From: Candidatus Falkowbacteria bacterium
GTDB lineage: Bacteria; Patescibacteriota; Patescibacteriia; CAIXNZ01
Direction of reading: 5' to 3'
Length of the DNA stretch: 33,194 nucleotides
Assembly (NCBI GenBank): GCA_963774955.1
Contig: CAVZGV010000004.1
Location: 261,522-294,715, forward strand
Position numbers and translations under genes: made by a program. Positions 7,554 through 15,889 of the stretch are shown piece by piece. The first letter of the stretch is position 1. Each line of letters starts with the position of its first letter. The notes beneath the pieces were generated by a model. The model did not search any database. It saw only the letters and a program-made list of their open reading frames with translations, and was not told where the DNA came from.

Positions 7554-7724
7554 ATTATGTGAAAAACCGCCCGCGTGAGCGGGCGTGTGCGTTTGGAGCG
7601 AAGCTTTTGGGACAGCATAATACGTTAAATATAATAAAAGGTTTAAGATAGAAAATAACTTTTAAACCAAAATTCAATAAATTCCGCCTTCGGCGACTTA
7701 CTTTTTTATAACTGAAAAAGTAAG

Positions 7725-7753
7725 CCCGCCTTCGCATAAGCTACGGCGGGTAA
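7725..7753. repeat. 29-bp palindromic repeat, intergenic copy of the element found inside rpsA
   Basis: CCCGCCTTCGCATAAGCTACGGCGGGTAA; 26/29 identical to the reverse complement of 12926-12954. Confidence 0.8.
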
Positions 7754-7761
7754 ACGAGCCT

Positions 7762-7791
7762 GCCCTGAGCGAGCGTAGCGAGTCGAAGGGC
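7762..7791. repeat. REP-like element CCCTGAG...GTCGAAGGG
   Basis: GCCCTGAGCGAGCGTAGCGAGTCGAAGGGC; same ends as 6075-6094. Confidence 0.6.
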
Positions 7792-8002
7792 TTATTCGGC
7801 CCCCCAAACCCCCTGGGAGGGGTGAAAATCGGTAAGTGCGATAATATTAATCAAAACGTTTAGCTTCGAGATGCGGGGGCTAGATAAATACCACCGGCTA
7901 TTTTACCGGCGGTAGCTTATTTTCCTTGACTAGTTGCATTTTGTCCTGCTAAGATAGCCACACATGCAATTTTAGCCACATAGAACCAAACAAGGAGGAA
8001 AG

Positions 8003-8299
8003 ATGACAAAATTGCAGAGAACATTTAAGTTTCTGGTGCTGTTTGAAAAACACAGCGATTTCAGCAAATGGCCACGGGCTATTTTGCTGAGGATGGTTTT
8101 TCTTAATCGCGCCTATATCCGCGAATTCTGCTGCTATTGCGACAAGACTTTAAGATTCAAAAAATCTGAAGCAGTCGTCGGCGATAGCGGTGAAATTTGT
8201 CCGACCTGCCTGCGTCAGGAATGCCGCGAGCTTTATGAGCAAATGAAAGCAGAGGGCAAATTTACTGAGCTGCAGATTTGTGAAGCGGAAAAAAATTAG
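8003..8299 (+). CDS. hypothetical protein with a putative Zn finger
   Basis: CCYC...CPTC; SD AAGGAGG; promoter TTGACT (7926)-TAAGAT (7950); terminator at about 8297-8330. Confidence 0.7.
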   Translation: MTKLQRTFKFLVLFEKHSDFSKWPRAILLRMVFLNRAYIREFCCYCDKTLRFKKSEAVVGDSGEICPTCLRQECRELYEQMKAEGKFTELQICEAEKN

Positions 8300-8347
8300 C
8301 CCCGAGTGCTATCTAGCAACCGGGGCTTTTATTATTGTAAAATAAAG

Positions 8348-8376
8348 TGGACAAAAATGGACAGGCGTTGTATAAT
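8348..8376 (+). promoter_or_regulatory. promoter with a tandem TGGACA direct repeat (10-bp period)
   Basis: TGGACA (8348-8353), 17 bp, TATAAT (8371-8376); second TGGACA at 8358-8363. Confidence 0.65.
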
Positions 8377-8403
8377 AGAAATATAATTAATTAACTAAAA
8401 AAT

Positions 8404-8583
8404 ATGTATTTATCCTGGGCATTAATAATTATAGGTGGTTTGGTTATTTATTTTATTGGCAAAGGGGCGGGGGCGAGAAGATCCGAAGGAAGAATTCAAG
8501 AGTTGGAAGATAAGCTGGAAGAAATTAAAGAAGAACTGGAAGCAAATGATATAGATATTGATACAGATGTTGAAGATTATTAA
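8404..8583 (+). CDS. 59-aa single-TM plus acidic coiled-coil protein (not in the ORF track)
   Basis: Translated by hand: MYLSWALIIIGGLVIYFIGKGAGARRSEGRIQELEDKLEEIKEELEANDIDIDTDVEDY*. Confidence 0.75.
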   Translation: MYLSWALIIIGGLVIYFIGKGAGARRSEGRIQELEDKLEEIKEELEANDIDIDTDVEDY

Positions 8584-8597
8584 TTTTTTAAATAAGT

Positions 8598-8750
8598 ATG
8601 AAAAAACTATATACCCCCAAAGAAGTCGCTGATATGCTAAGAGTGTCAAAGAAAACAATTTACAGGCATATTAAAAGTGGTAAAATTAAAGCCACTAAAA
8701 TTGGTCAATGGAGAATAAAACAAGAGGATTTAAATAAATTAATTAAATAA
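8598..8750 (+). CDS. excisionase-like HTH_17 DNA-binding protein, 50 aa (not in the ORF track)
   Basis: Translated by hand: MKKLYTPKEVADMLRVSKKTIYRHIKSGKIKATKIGQWRIKQEDLNKLIK*. Confidence 0.9.
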   Translation: MKKLYTPKEVADMLRVSKKTIYRHIKSGKIKATKIGQWRIKQEDLNKLIK

Positions 8751-8773
8751 TATTAAAATTAATATTTAAATTT

Positions 8774-9616
8774 ATGAAAAAAACAAGGCTTATAATTATT
8801 AGTATCATCTCAACATTATTTGTTGTCCTGATAATAATATTTGGTTTATGGCAATTCGGGTTAATAGGATTAAACAATGTCCAAACAGAGCAAAATGGGG
8901 AAAATGGAAATGACAATAAAAAGAATGTTGCTTCTGAATACTCTGAATTAGCCAATAACTTAGAATTGTTAGAACCGGATGTAGATTTTTATAAAAATAT
9001 TTATAATTATGTAAACTTGCTTGATGAAGAAGAATATAAAAAATTTAAAACCAGTGCAGGCAAACTTGATAGCGAAGAAAACAATGAAGATTTGGCGGGG
9101 CTAATTACTTTAATTTATGTTAATGAACTAAACAAAAATAATGAAGTCAAAGCAATAATAGAAGATTTAAAAAGCCAAGTGTATGAAAATACCAAAAAGG
9201 AATTAAGCAAAGACGAAGAAAACGAGCTGTTTGAGAAAAATAATACTTGTGCTCAGCTAATAACGGGAATTACCGAACAGTTAAAAAATAAGTATGAAAA
9301 CGAATTATCTACCACCGAAAACGAAGAATTAAAATTTATAACATATAGTCCAACTCTAAAAAAGTGTGTTTATGTTACTGATTACTCCTACAGATACACG
9401 AACATAAGTGATTACACTGAAAGTTATAATTATTCTTCTTATATTATTTATAACGCAACAACCAACACAAAAATAAATGATTACACATACTACTATTATA
9501 ATTACCCATACCTTAGTGACGAAGATGAAGATGTTAAGTCGGAAAATAATAAAAAAGCATATGCAAAATATATATTAGAAAATACAAACTACAATGTAGA
9601 CCTGCTAAAGGATTAA
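8774..9616 (+). CDS. membrane-anchored hypothetical protein, N/E/K/Y-rich, very low GC
   Basis: 280-aa ORF with an N-terminal TM helix. Confidence 0.8.
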   Translation: MKKTRLIIISIISTLFVVLIIIFGLWQFGLIGLNNVQTEQNGENGNDNKKNVASEYSELANNLELLEPDVDFYKNIYNYVNLLDEEEYKKFKTSAGKLDSEENNEDLAGLITLIYVNELNKNNEVKAIIEDLKSQVYENTKKELSKDEENELFEKNNTCAQLITGITEQLKNKYENELSTTENEELKFITYSPTLKKCVYVTDYSYRYTNISDYTESYNYSSYIIYNATTNTKINDYTYYYYNYPYLSDEDEDVKSENNKKAYAKYILENTNYNVDLLKD

Positions 9617-9775
9617 ATATTAAAGCGGTAATTAAAACTATTTACGGGCATATTAAAAGTAGTCATTTATTTAACAGTTTCAACTGAAGGAATATAAATT
9701 AAAATTATTATCAGAATTACACAACTAAAAAGAGTGCAACCTTACGGCGGCACTCTTTTTAAATATGAGAATTTC

Positions 9776-10057
9776 TTACAATACAGCTTCTTTGGCAGCT
9801 TTAGCTAATCGGAATTTAACTACAGTTTTAGCAGGGATCTTGATGGTTGCGCCAGTAGCTGGATTGCGGCCCATGCGAGCTTTGCGGTTAACTTTAACCA
9901 GTTTGCCTAAGCCGGCAATTGCAAAGACGCCGTTTTTCTTGACTTCAGCATAAGCCATTTCAATCAAGGCATCGATTAAAGCACCTGCTTGTTTTTTGCT
10001 GACTTCTGCTTTTTCAGATAAAGCAGCCAGCATTTGTGACTTTGTCATTTTTGACAT
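9776..10057 (-). CDS. hup: histone-like DNA-binding protein HU
   Basis: MTKSQM...GLGKLVKVNRKARMGRNPATGATIKIPAKTVVKF; terminator at about 9727-9760. Confidence 0.95.
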   Translation of the reverse strand: MSKMTKSQMLAALSEKAEVSKKQAGALIDALIEMAYAEVKKNGVFAIAGLGKLVKVNRKARMGRNPATGATIKIPAKTVVKFRLAKAAKEAVL

Positions 10058-10328
10058 ACGTTTTAAACGTTATTTCATTATTAATTAAATTTTAAATTTC
10101 ACCAGTTCCCTTATAGCTCCTATAGCTCTTATTATATTATACACCAAATCCCCAAAAATATGAATATTTCCTCAATAAAACTGTGCAAAACAGATTTGGG
10201 AGCCAGATTGTCTATTAATTTAAAATATGCTTTAATACCAGTATAGGTTCAAATATAATTATTTATATATAATGTTACAATCACCCCTGGGAGGGCGATT
10301 TTGTGGCTAATTATTAATAAAAGAACCT

Positions 10329-10589
10329 ATGGACAGTGACAAGAAATTTTTAGAAACAATAGTCAAAATGCTGGTTGACCAGCCAAAAAAAGTTAAGATT
10401 GACAGGCTAGTGAATGAGAGAGGAGTCCTCCTGACAATCGATGTTGCACCCGAAGACATTGGCACTATGATTGGTAAACAGGGTCGGAATATTGATGCGC
10501 TTAGGCAGATGGTTAGAATTATCGGTATGAAAAGCAAATCCTTTGTCAGCGTCAAGCTAAACCAACCGGACAGACCCGAGCAAAAATAA
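10329..10589 (+). CDS. khpA: KH-domain RNA-binding protein KhpA
   Basis: LVDQPKKV...VAPEDIGTMIGKQGRNIDALR (GxxG KH loop). Confidence 0.9.
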   Translation: MDSDKKFLETIVKMLVDQPKKVKIDRLVNERGVLLTIDVAPEDIGTMIGKQGRNIDALRQMVRIIGMKSKSFVSVKLNQPDRPEQK

Positions 10590-10669
10590 TATTTTTTAGT
10601 TTTTATAATAATAAAAAATAACTCCTTTTGGGGTTATTTTTTATTTTGTCGAGCCGGTTGTCATGGGGA

Positions 10670-12031
10670 TTACAATTCAACTTCCTGTTCATAGGCGGGA
10701 ACTTCGGCTGAAAATCCCAGTTTTATATTAACCAGATTTTTCAAGGCGTCAGCTGCGGCGCGTTCACCCTGAACAATAAAAATATTTTTAGGCGCTTTTT
10801 TGAGATTGCCGATAAATTTTATCAGTTGTCTTTGATCAGCATGTGCAGAGTAAGCGCCAATGGCTTTAATTTCAGCCTTGTTTTTTATAGGCTGTCCTAG
10901 AATTTCTACCACAGGAGTGCCGTCTAAAATTTTTCTACCTAAAGTACCTTCCACCTGAAAACCGATCACCAGAAAACAATTATTGGGATTGTCCAGATAA
11001 TTTTTTTCATGATATAAAATACGTCCGCCCGTGGACATGCCAGACCCGGCAATAATTATTTTAGGGGCAGGGACTTTATCAATACCTTTTGATTCATCAC
11101 GGTTCATAGTGAATTTTAAACCTGGGAAGCTGAAAATATCATCTCCGCTGGCGATAAGATGACGAGTTTTTTCATTAAAATAATTCTGATGTTTTTTGTA
11201 AACCGCGGTTATTTTTATGGCCAAGGGGCTGTCAATAAAAATTGAAACCGGAGGTATTAACTTGTTTTCTACAAAATCATTAAGCTCATAAAGGAGTTCC
11301 TGGGTGCGTTCAATGGCAAATGAGGGCATTAATAAAACCCCTTTACGGTTGATTACCTTAAGAATAGCCTGTCTTAATAACTCTTTTCTTTGTTTTTTTG
11401 GCTCATGGTTGCGGTCGCCGTAAGCAGACTCGATAATTAAATAATCGGCGGTTGTAATGATTGCCGGAGGTTTTAAAAGCGGAGTCGGCGGATTGCCCAG
11501 ATCACCGGTAAACACCAGCTTGCGTTTATTGCTATTCTCCGTAAGCCAAATTTCATAAATTGTTGAACCAAGAATATGCCCGGCTTCATTTAGCCGAATC
11601 GTAATATTATCATTTAATTTAATCTCCTGGCCATAAGTATAGGTTTTAATCAATTTTAGCATTTGCTGTAAATCAGCTTCGTCATACATAGGCGCCAGGC
11701 CTTTTTCCCTGGCTTCTTCCTGCATCAGATGAACAGCATCTTCCAGCGCTACAGCCATAAGGTCACGGGTGGGAAGCGTACAAATGATTTGGCCACGAAA
11801 GCCATCTTTGACGAGCTTGGCCAATCGGCCGCAGTGATCCAAATGAGAATGAGTAATTAAAACAAAATTAATTTCTGCAGGATTATAAGGGAACGACTGG
11901 TAATTTAATTCCTGAAGTTCAGGCGCACCCTGAAACAGGCCGCAATCAACCATAAGTTTTGTTTGGCCGACATCTATAATATAATTAGAGCCGGTGACGA
12001 CTTTGGCGCCGCCGAAAAAATGTAGTTTCAT
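10670..12031 (-). CDS. MBL-fold beta-CASP ribonuclease (YSH1/CPSF73-like)
   Basis: Start MKLHFFGGAKVVTGS; motifs THSHLDHCG, AGHILGS, FTGDLG, ESAYGDR and YSAHAD. Confidence 0.93.
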   Translation of the reverse strand: MKLHFFGGAKVVTGSNYIIDVGQTKLMVDCGLFQGAPELQELNYQSFPYNPAEINFVLITHSHLDHCGRLAKLVKDGFRGQIICTLPTRDLMAVALEDAVHLMQEEAREKGLAPMYDEADLQQMLKLIKTYTYGQEIKLNDNITIRLNEAGHILGSTIYEIWLTENSNKRKLVFTGDLGNPPTPLLKPPAIITTADYLIIESAYGDRNHEPKKQRKELLRQAILKVINRKGVLLMPSFAIERTQELLYELNDFVENKLIPPVSIFIDSPLAIKITAVYKKHQNYFNEKTRHLIASGDDIFSFPGLKFTMNRDESKGIDKVPAPKIIIAGSGMSTGGRILYHEKNYLDNPNNCFLVIGFQVEGTLGRKILDGTPVVEILGQPIKNKAEIKAIGAYSAHADQRQLIKFIGNLKKAPKNIFIVQGERAAADALKNLVNIKLGFSAEVPAYEQEVEL

Positions 12032-12162
12032 ATTGATAAGGGGTAAGAAGGGATTGTAAGAGTTAAGAGGGGGTAATAAGGGAAGTCCCTTCTTACATCT
12101 TTTACCCACCTTCCTCTTCTTTAACTTATTTAAATTATATCACGTTACTCACATTATAAATA

Positions 12163-12640
12163 AAAAAAATCCGGGGTGGTTTAGAGCTGTCTTATTCAGC
12201 ACCACCCCGGGGTTGCGGGTCAGATGACCCAGTTTCGTTCCCTCGTGCCCATTTGGGCTCCTTTTACGCGAAAAAACACGTCCCCTCGTGTGAAAATTTT
12301 CCGCCGGCAGTCGCCTTGAGCGGATGGGTTGGCGGTTTAGCACGCAGTGTTTCGTCAATGGCGATAGACTAGCTCTGCGTGAACTGCGATTTTAAGCTGG
12401 ATGCATTCATTTTGGGGTCCCTCATTTGTTCTCGTCTGATTGGCCCGTGCTGTATCGCTGGTCGCCGTTTTAGTTCAAGTGGGGTCCTTGTTCCTCATTG
12501 TCTTCCCCCTCGTGGAGAAATGAGTTTTGGGCTCATCGAGCCCTGGTTGCAGGAACCTTTCCCGGCATCGCACCTCCTTTTGCTCGCGGTTTTTGGTCGC
12601 AACAGTTAATCCTAGTAATCTACCCAAACAGTCCCTTTAA
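12163..12640 (-). ncRNA. candidate ncRNA or micro-ORF transcript
   Basis: GC-rich segment between a minus-strand promoter (TTGACC 12672-12667, TGcTATCAT 12653-12645) and a terminator (12163-12210); no long SD-led ORF. Confidence 0.4.
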
Positions 12641-12822
12641 TATAATGATAGCAAAATGAAATTTAGGGTCAAGCCTTTTGGGGATAAACCCGCCCAGGCC
12701 AATTAAAAGCCTTGGTGTCCAACGGATTAAATATAGCCATAATATTAAAAGCATCGATTAATAAATAACCGATGCCTTTAACTGACTCCAGTCTCGAGCA
12801 GGAAGTCTTTGTTTATTTAAGT

Positions 12823-14166
12823 TTACTTTTTTGTTTTCTTTTCTTTATCATCCGAAGCTTTAGCGGAGGAGGATGCCTTAGGCTTCTTTTCTGCTTTCGC
12901 TTTCGGTTCTTTGTCCTTTTTTTCTTTACCCGCCGTAGCTTCAGCGGAGGCGGGAGCCTTTTCTTTTTTTTCTTCCTTTTCCTCTTTGGCTTCAGTCTTT
13001 TCTTCTTTAACCTCTTTTTCAGATTTAGGTTTCTTGTCATCAGAAGCCTTGGCGGAGGATGATTCTTTCACTGCCTTTAAACTTAAGCCTAAGCGATGGT
13101 CCTTGGGTTCAATGGAGATAATCCTGAATTTAATCGTCTCGCCGGCTTTGGCTATTTCATTGACGTCAGTAATCGGTTTGTCTGAAAGTTCAGAAATATG
13201 AGCCAGGCCGTGAATATCAGGATCAAGTTCTACAAATAAACCGAAAGGATTAACCTTTAATACTTTACCATCAACCATGTCGCCAACGTTATATTTTTCA
13301 TTGATATTACCCCAGGGATCTTTTTGCAGCTTTTTCATGGACAAGAAAATCTTAGTGCCTTCAATATTGATAATTTCGGCCTCAACCTGATCGCCGACTT
13401 TAACAATATCGCGGGGATCATCGATTCTTTGCCAGGCCAGTTCGGAAATATGAACCAAACCTTCCATTTTGGTGCCAAATTCCACAAAGGCGCCAAAATC
13501 AGTAACTGCAGTAATTTTGCCTTTGACATTGTCGCCGACTTTGAATTTGGAAACAGCTTTTTCCTGCACTTCTTCCCAGGCAGCTTTTTCCGAAACTATC
13601 AGTTTGTCTTCTTTTTCATCAACATCAATAACCTTGATCTGCAGCGGAGTATTGATGAATTTTCTTAAAAATTCCAGGATTTTATTTTTGTCACCGCCCT
13701 CAACGCGGGGATAATGTTCAGGAATGAGCTGAGAAACTGGTAAAAATCCCATAATATTGCCGATTTTAATCATTAGTCCACCTTTATTGGCATCAGAAAC
13801 TTTCAAATTCAAAACATCACCTTTTTTCATAAGGTCTCGCAGGCCATCCCAAGCTTTTTGTTGACCGGCATAACGGAAAGACAGTTCCATTTCGCCGTTT
13901 TCGTTTTCCAGTTCAACGACCGTTGCTTCAACCATATCATCAATTTTCAAATGACCGTATTCATCTGATTCATTATATAATTCCCGGCCGCGCACTATGC
14001 CGGTTTTGATGCCGTCAAAATCCAAACGCACTTCGGCTTTGGACGCGTTAACGACTTTGCCTTTGATCACATCACCGACTTTGGGAAATTTCATAAACTG
14101 ATTGTCGGCAATAAGTTTGGCAAACTCGGAATCGTCGTTGGTTTGTTGGTTGGTTTTGTCTGTCAT
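12823..14166 (-). CDS. rpsA: 30S ribosomal protein S1, short 4-domain form with a charged C-terminal tail
   Basis: S1 repeats ANKGGL..GFLPVSQL, TDFGAFV..EGLVHISEL and NPFGLFV..GLAHISEL; likely start MTDK. Confidence 0.92.
   Translation of the reverse strand: MTDKTNQQTNDDSEFAKLIADNQFMKFPKVGDVIKGKVVNASKAEVRLDFDGIKTGIVRGRELYNESDEYGHLKIDDMVEATVVELENENGEMELSFRYAGQQKAWDGLRDLMKKGDVLNLKVSDANKGGLMIKIGNIMGFLPVSQLIPEHYPRVEGGDKNKILEFLRKFINTPLQIKVIDVDEKEDKLIVSEKAAWEEVQEKAVSKFKVGDNVKGKITAVTDFGAFVEFGTKMEGLVHISELAWQRIDDPRDIVKVGDQVEAEIINIEGTKIFLSMKKLQKDPWGNINEKYNVGDMVDGKVLKVNPFGLFVELDPDIHGLAHISELSDKPITDVNEIAKAGETIKFRIISIEPKDHRLGLSLKAVKESSSAKASDDKKPKSEKEVKEEKTEAKEEKEEKKEKAPASAEATAGKEKKDKEPKAKAEKKPKASSSAKASDDKEKKTKK
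12845..13062. repeat. three in-frame copies of a 29-bp palindromic element in the rpsA tail
   Basis: Copies at 12845-12873, 12926-12954 and 13034-13062, encoding SSSAKASDDK, PASAEATAGK and SSSAKASDDK. Confidence 0.8.
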
Positions 14167-14173
14167 AATAATG

Positions 14174-14262
14174 TTACAAATATACAAATTAAATACAAAT
14201 TATTACAAATTTTTTTGTTAGTTTATTTGTAATTATTTGTTACAATATTTGTAGATTTGTAT
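14174..14262. repeat. ACAAAT direct repeats followed by ATTTGT inverted copies in the rpsA leader
   Basis: 4x TACAAAT, then 4x ATTTGT. Confidence 0.7.
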
Positions 14263-14459
14263 CCTTATAAACAAATAAACTCCCCTTAAAGAGAGTTATC
14301 ATTTTAAGGTTAACCTGAAGGAAACTTTTAAAGCGTTTCAATCAAGTCTCCGCCCGAGAGGGTAGAGTAATTAGTCCCGCAGAGCGGGATGCCGTTACGC
14401 GGCATTAAATTGTTAAGTGATTTAAGATTACCTGATAGGCGAAAAATAGTCAAGAGCGA

Positions 14460-15214
14460 TTATCTCTGCAGTTTAGATATATTCCAGAGGAATTCATAGA
14501 TACTTTTAAAGCTATTTACAATATGTTCATGTTTAATGGCGACAATAAACGGCGGGTTACCGGAAAAGTGAATGAGCATATTTTTCAGCAACCAAATGAA
14601 GCGGAAAAGTTGATGCCCTCGGGCATTTCTCGAATATTGATAGATTGCTCAGTCAGTTTAAAATTTGGAATTTTTTTAAAATAACCGCTGGGTACCAGGG
14701 TGTTAGTAATAACGCCCCTTTTGGTTTTCTGCTGGTAAAGAATTTTTCTATAATTGTCAGAATATATTTTGGCATAGTTGCCGGCCCCGGGAGAATCAAT
14801 GGTATATAAAGTAGAATTCTTGGGTAGTTCAGCCAGGACTTTGGCAATAAACTGTTTGATGCCGGTTTTGGTGTCATAAACTTGGGCCAAAGGAAAGTGA
14901 GCCTCGGAACGATAAAGTCCGGTCAGTAAAGTATTTAAATGATTAGCCACATCCAACTTGGTTTCTAAAATGCCGGCCAAAGTTTTCGGGGATTCAATCC
15001 AATAATAGGTTACGCCGCGATACTTATTAGTGGTTAAATAATTTTCCTTGGCCAGTTTGTCCAAAATGCTGATCGCGGTTGTTCTGGGCAAGTTAGCTTT
15101 CTTGGCAATTTGCGCAGCCTTGGCTTCGCCCAGCTGGGTCAAGGCAATATAAACATTGACTTCATTATTATTGAAGCCCAATTCTTTGAGGTAGGTTTTG
15201 ATTTGATTAATCAT
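14460..15214 (-). pseudogene. TrmB-family transcriptional regulator with a 1-nt frameshift near 14594-14596
   Basis: N-terminal TrmB HTH (LGFNNNEVNVYIALTQLG...IAKKANLPRTT). The ORF stops at SFGC*; adding one T continues it as SFWLLKNMLIHFSGNPPFIVAIKHEHIVNSFKSIYEFLWNISKLQR*. Confidence 0.8.
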
Positions 15215-15217
15215 AGT

Positions 15218-15303
15218 TTACTGATTACAGATATGTACAGATATACAGATGACGGAAGTTACGAATTCGTAAATCTGTATTGATCTGTAATCTGTAGTTC
15301 TGT
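15218..15303. repeat. TACAGAT / ATCTGTA direct and inverted repeat cluster
   Basis: 3x TACAGAT, then 3x ATCTGTA, immediately upstream of the TrmB start. Confidence 0.7.
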
Positions 15304-15467
15304 CGAAATAGTTCGTCAGTTTTATACTTTAAATTTACCGCAACTTAGCGAAAATGTCAAGATTGCTAGAAAACATAAGTGGAAATTTCCACTTTATTTT
15401 TGTTTTTGACGAATAATAAAGACAAGGAACATTGAAAACTAAATAGTGTAAGCAAGGAGGAAGGTAA

Positions 15468-15866
15468 ATGGGTAAAATCGTGAAATTTGCAGGAAAAGCT
15501 TTGGCTAGTGACATTAAGCAATTGCAAAATGACTTATCGAAGTTGAATAGAAGTAAAGATAATAAGCTGAAATGGAAATTTGTACTAGATGATTTTCATC
15601 TTTGCAGCTGGAATACTACCGATGTCACTACCTATCAGGAAGGAACATTGATCGAAGCCTTTAAAAAAGCTAAACGAGTTTTTGGTGAAAATAATGGCAC
15701 AGATTACCTTGATATCAGCGGAAGTGGGATCCAGATCGCACTAGTTTGCTTTTCGGGATATGAGGTTTGGCTTCCTAAGCAGCTTTGGGAAAAAACAATC
15801 CATGAATTTTTACGCGATTCAGAATCACGACATTGGTGTGACGATAAAAAATGTCGAATTGTCTGA
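15468..15866 (+). CDS. hypothetical protein
   Basis: SD AAGGAGG; first gene of a three-gene operon. Confidence 0.75.
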   Translation: MGKIVKFAGKALASDIKQLQNDLSKLNRSKDNKLKWKFVLDDFHLCSWNTTDVTTYQEGTLIEAFKKAKRVFGENNGTDYLDISGSGIQIALVCFSGYEVWLPKQLWEKTIHEFLRDSESRHWCDDKKCRIV

Positions 15867-15889
15867 ATCTTGTAGAAAGGAGGAAAGTC

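Noticed and set aside
7056-7737. ORFs 7056..7274, 7457..7651 and 7555..7737
   Set aside because: They have no SD or recognisable motifs and overlap the RNA array and hairpins, so they are probably spurious.
8422-8658. 78-aa minus-strand ORF
   Set aside because: It lies antisense to the better-supported 8404..8583 and 8598..8750 genes.
12149-12609. ORFs 12149..12358 and 12379..12609, or a tmRNA/RNase P/SRP identity for this region
   Set aside because: The ORFs have weak starts without SD and no motifs. The diagnostic sequences of those RNAs were not found by eye.
12772-13201. Lys/Arg-rich and Phe-rich ORFs overlapping the rpsA 3' end
   Set aside because: They are alternative-frame products of the low-complexity rpsA tail.
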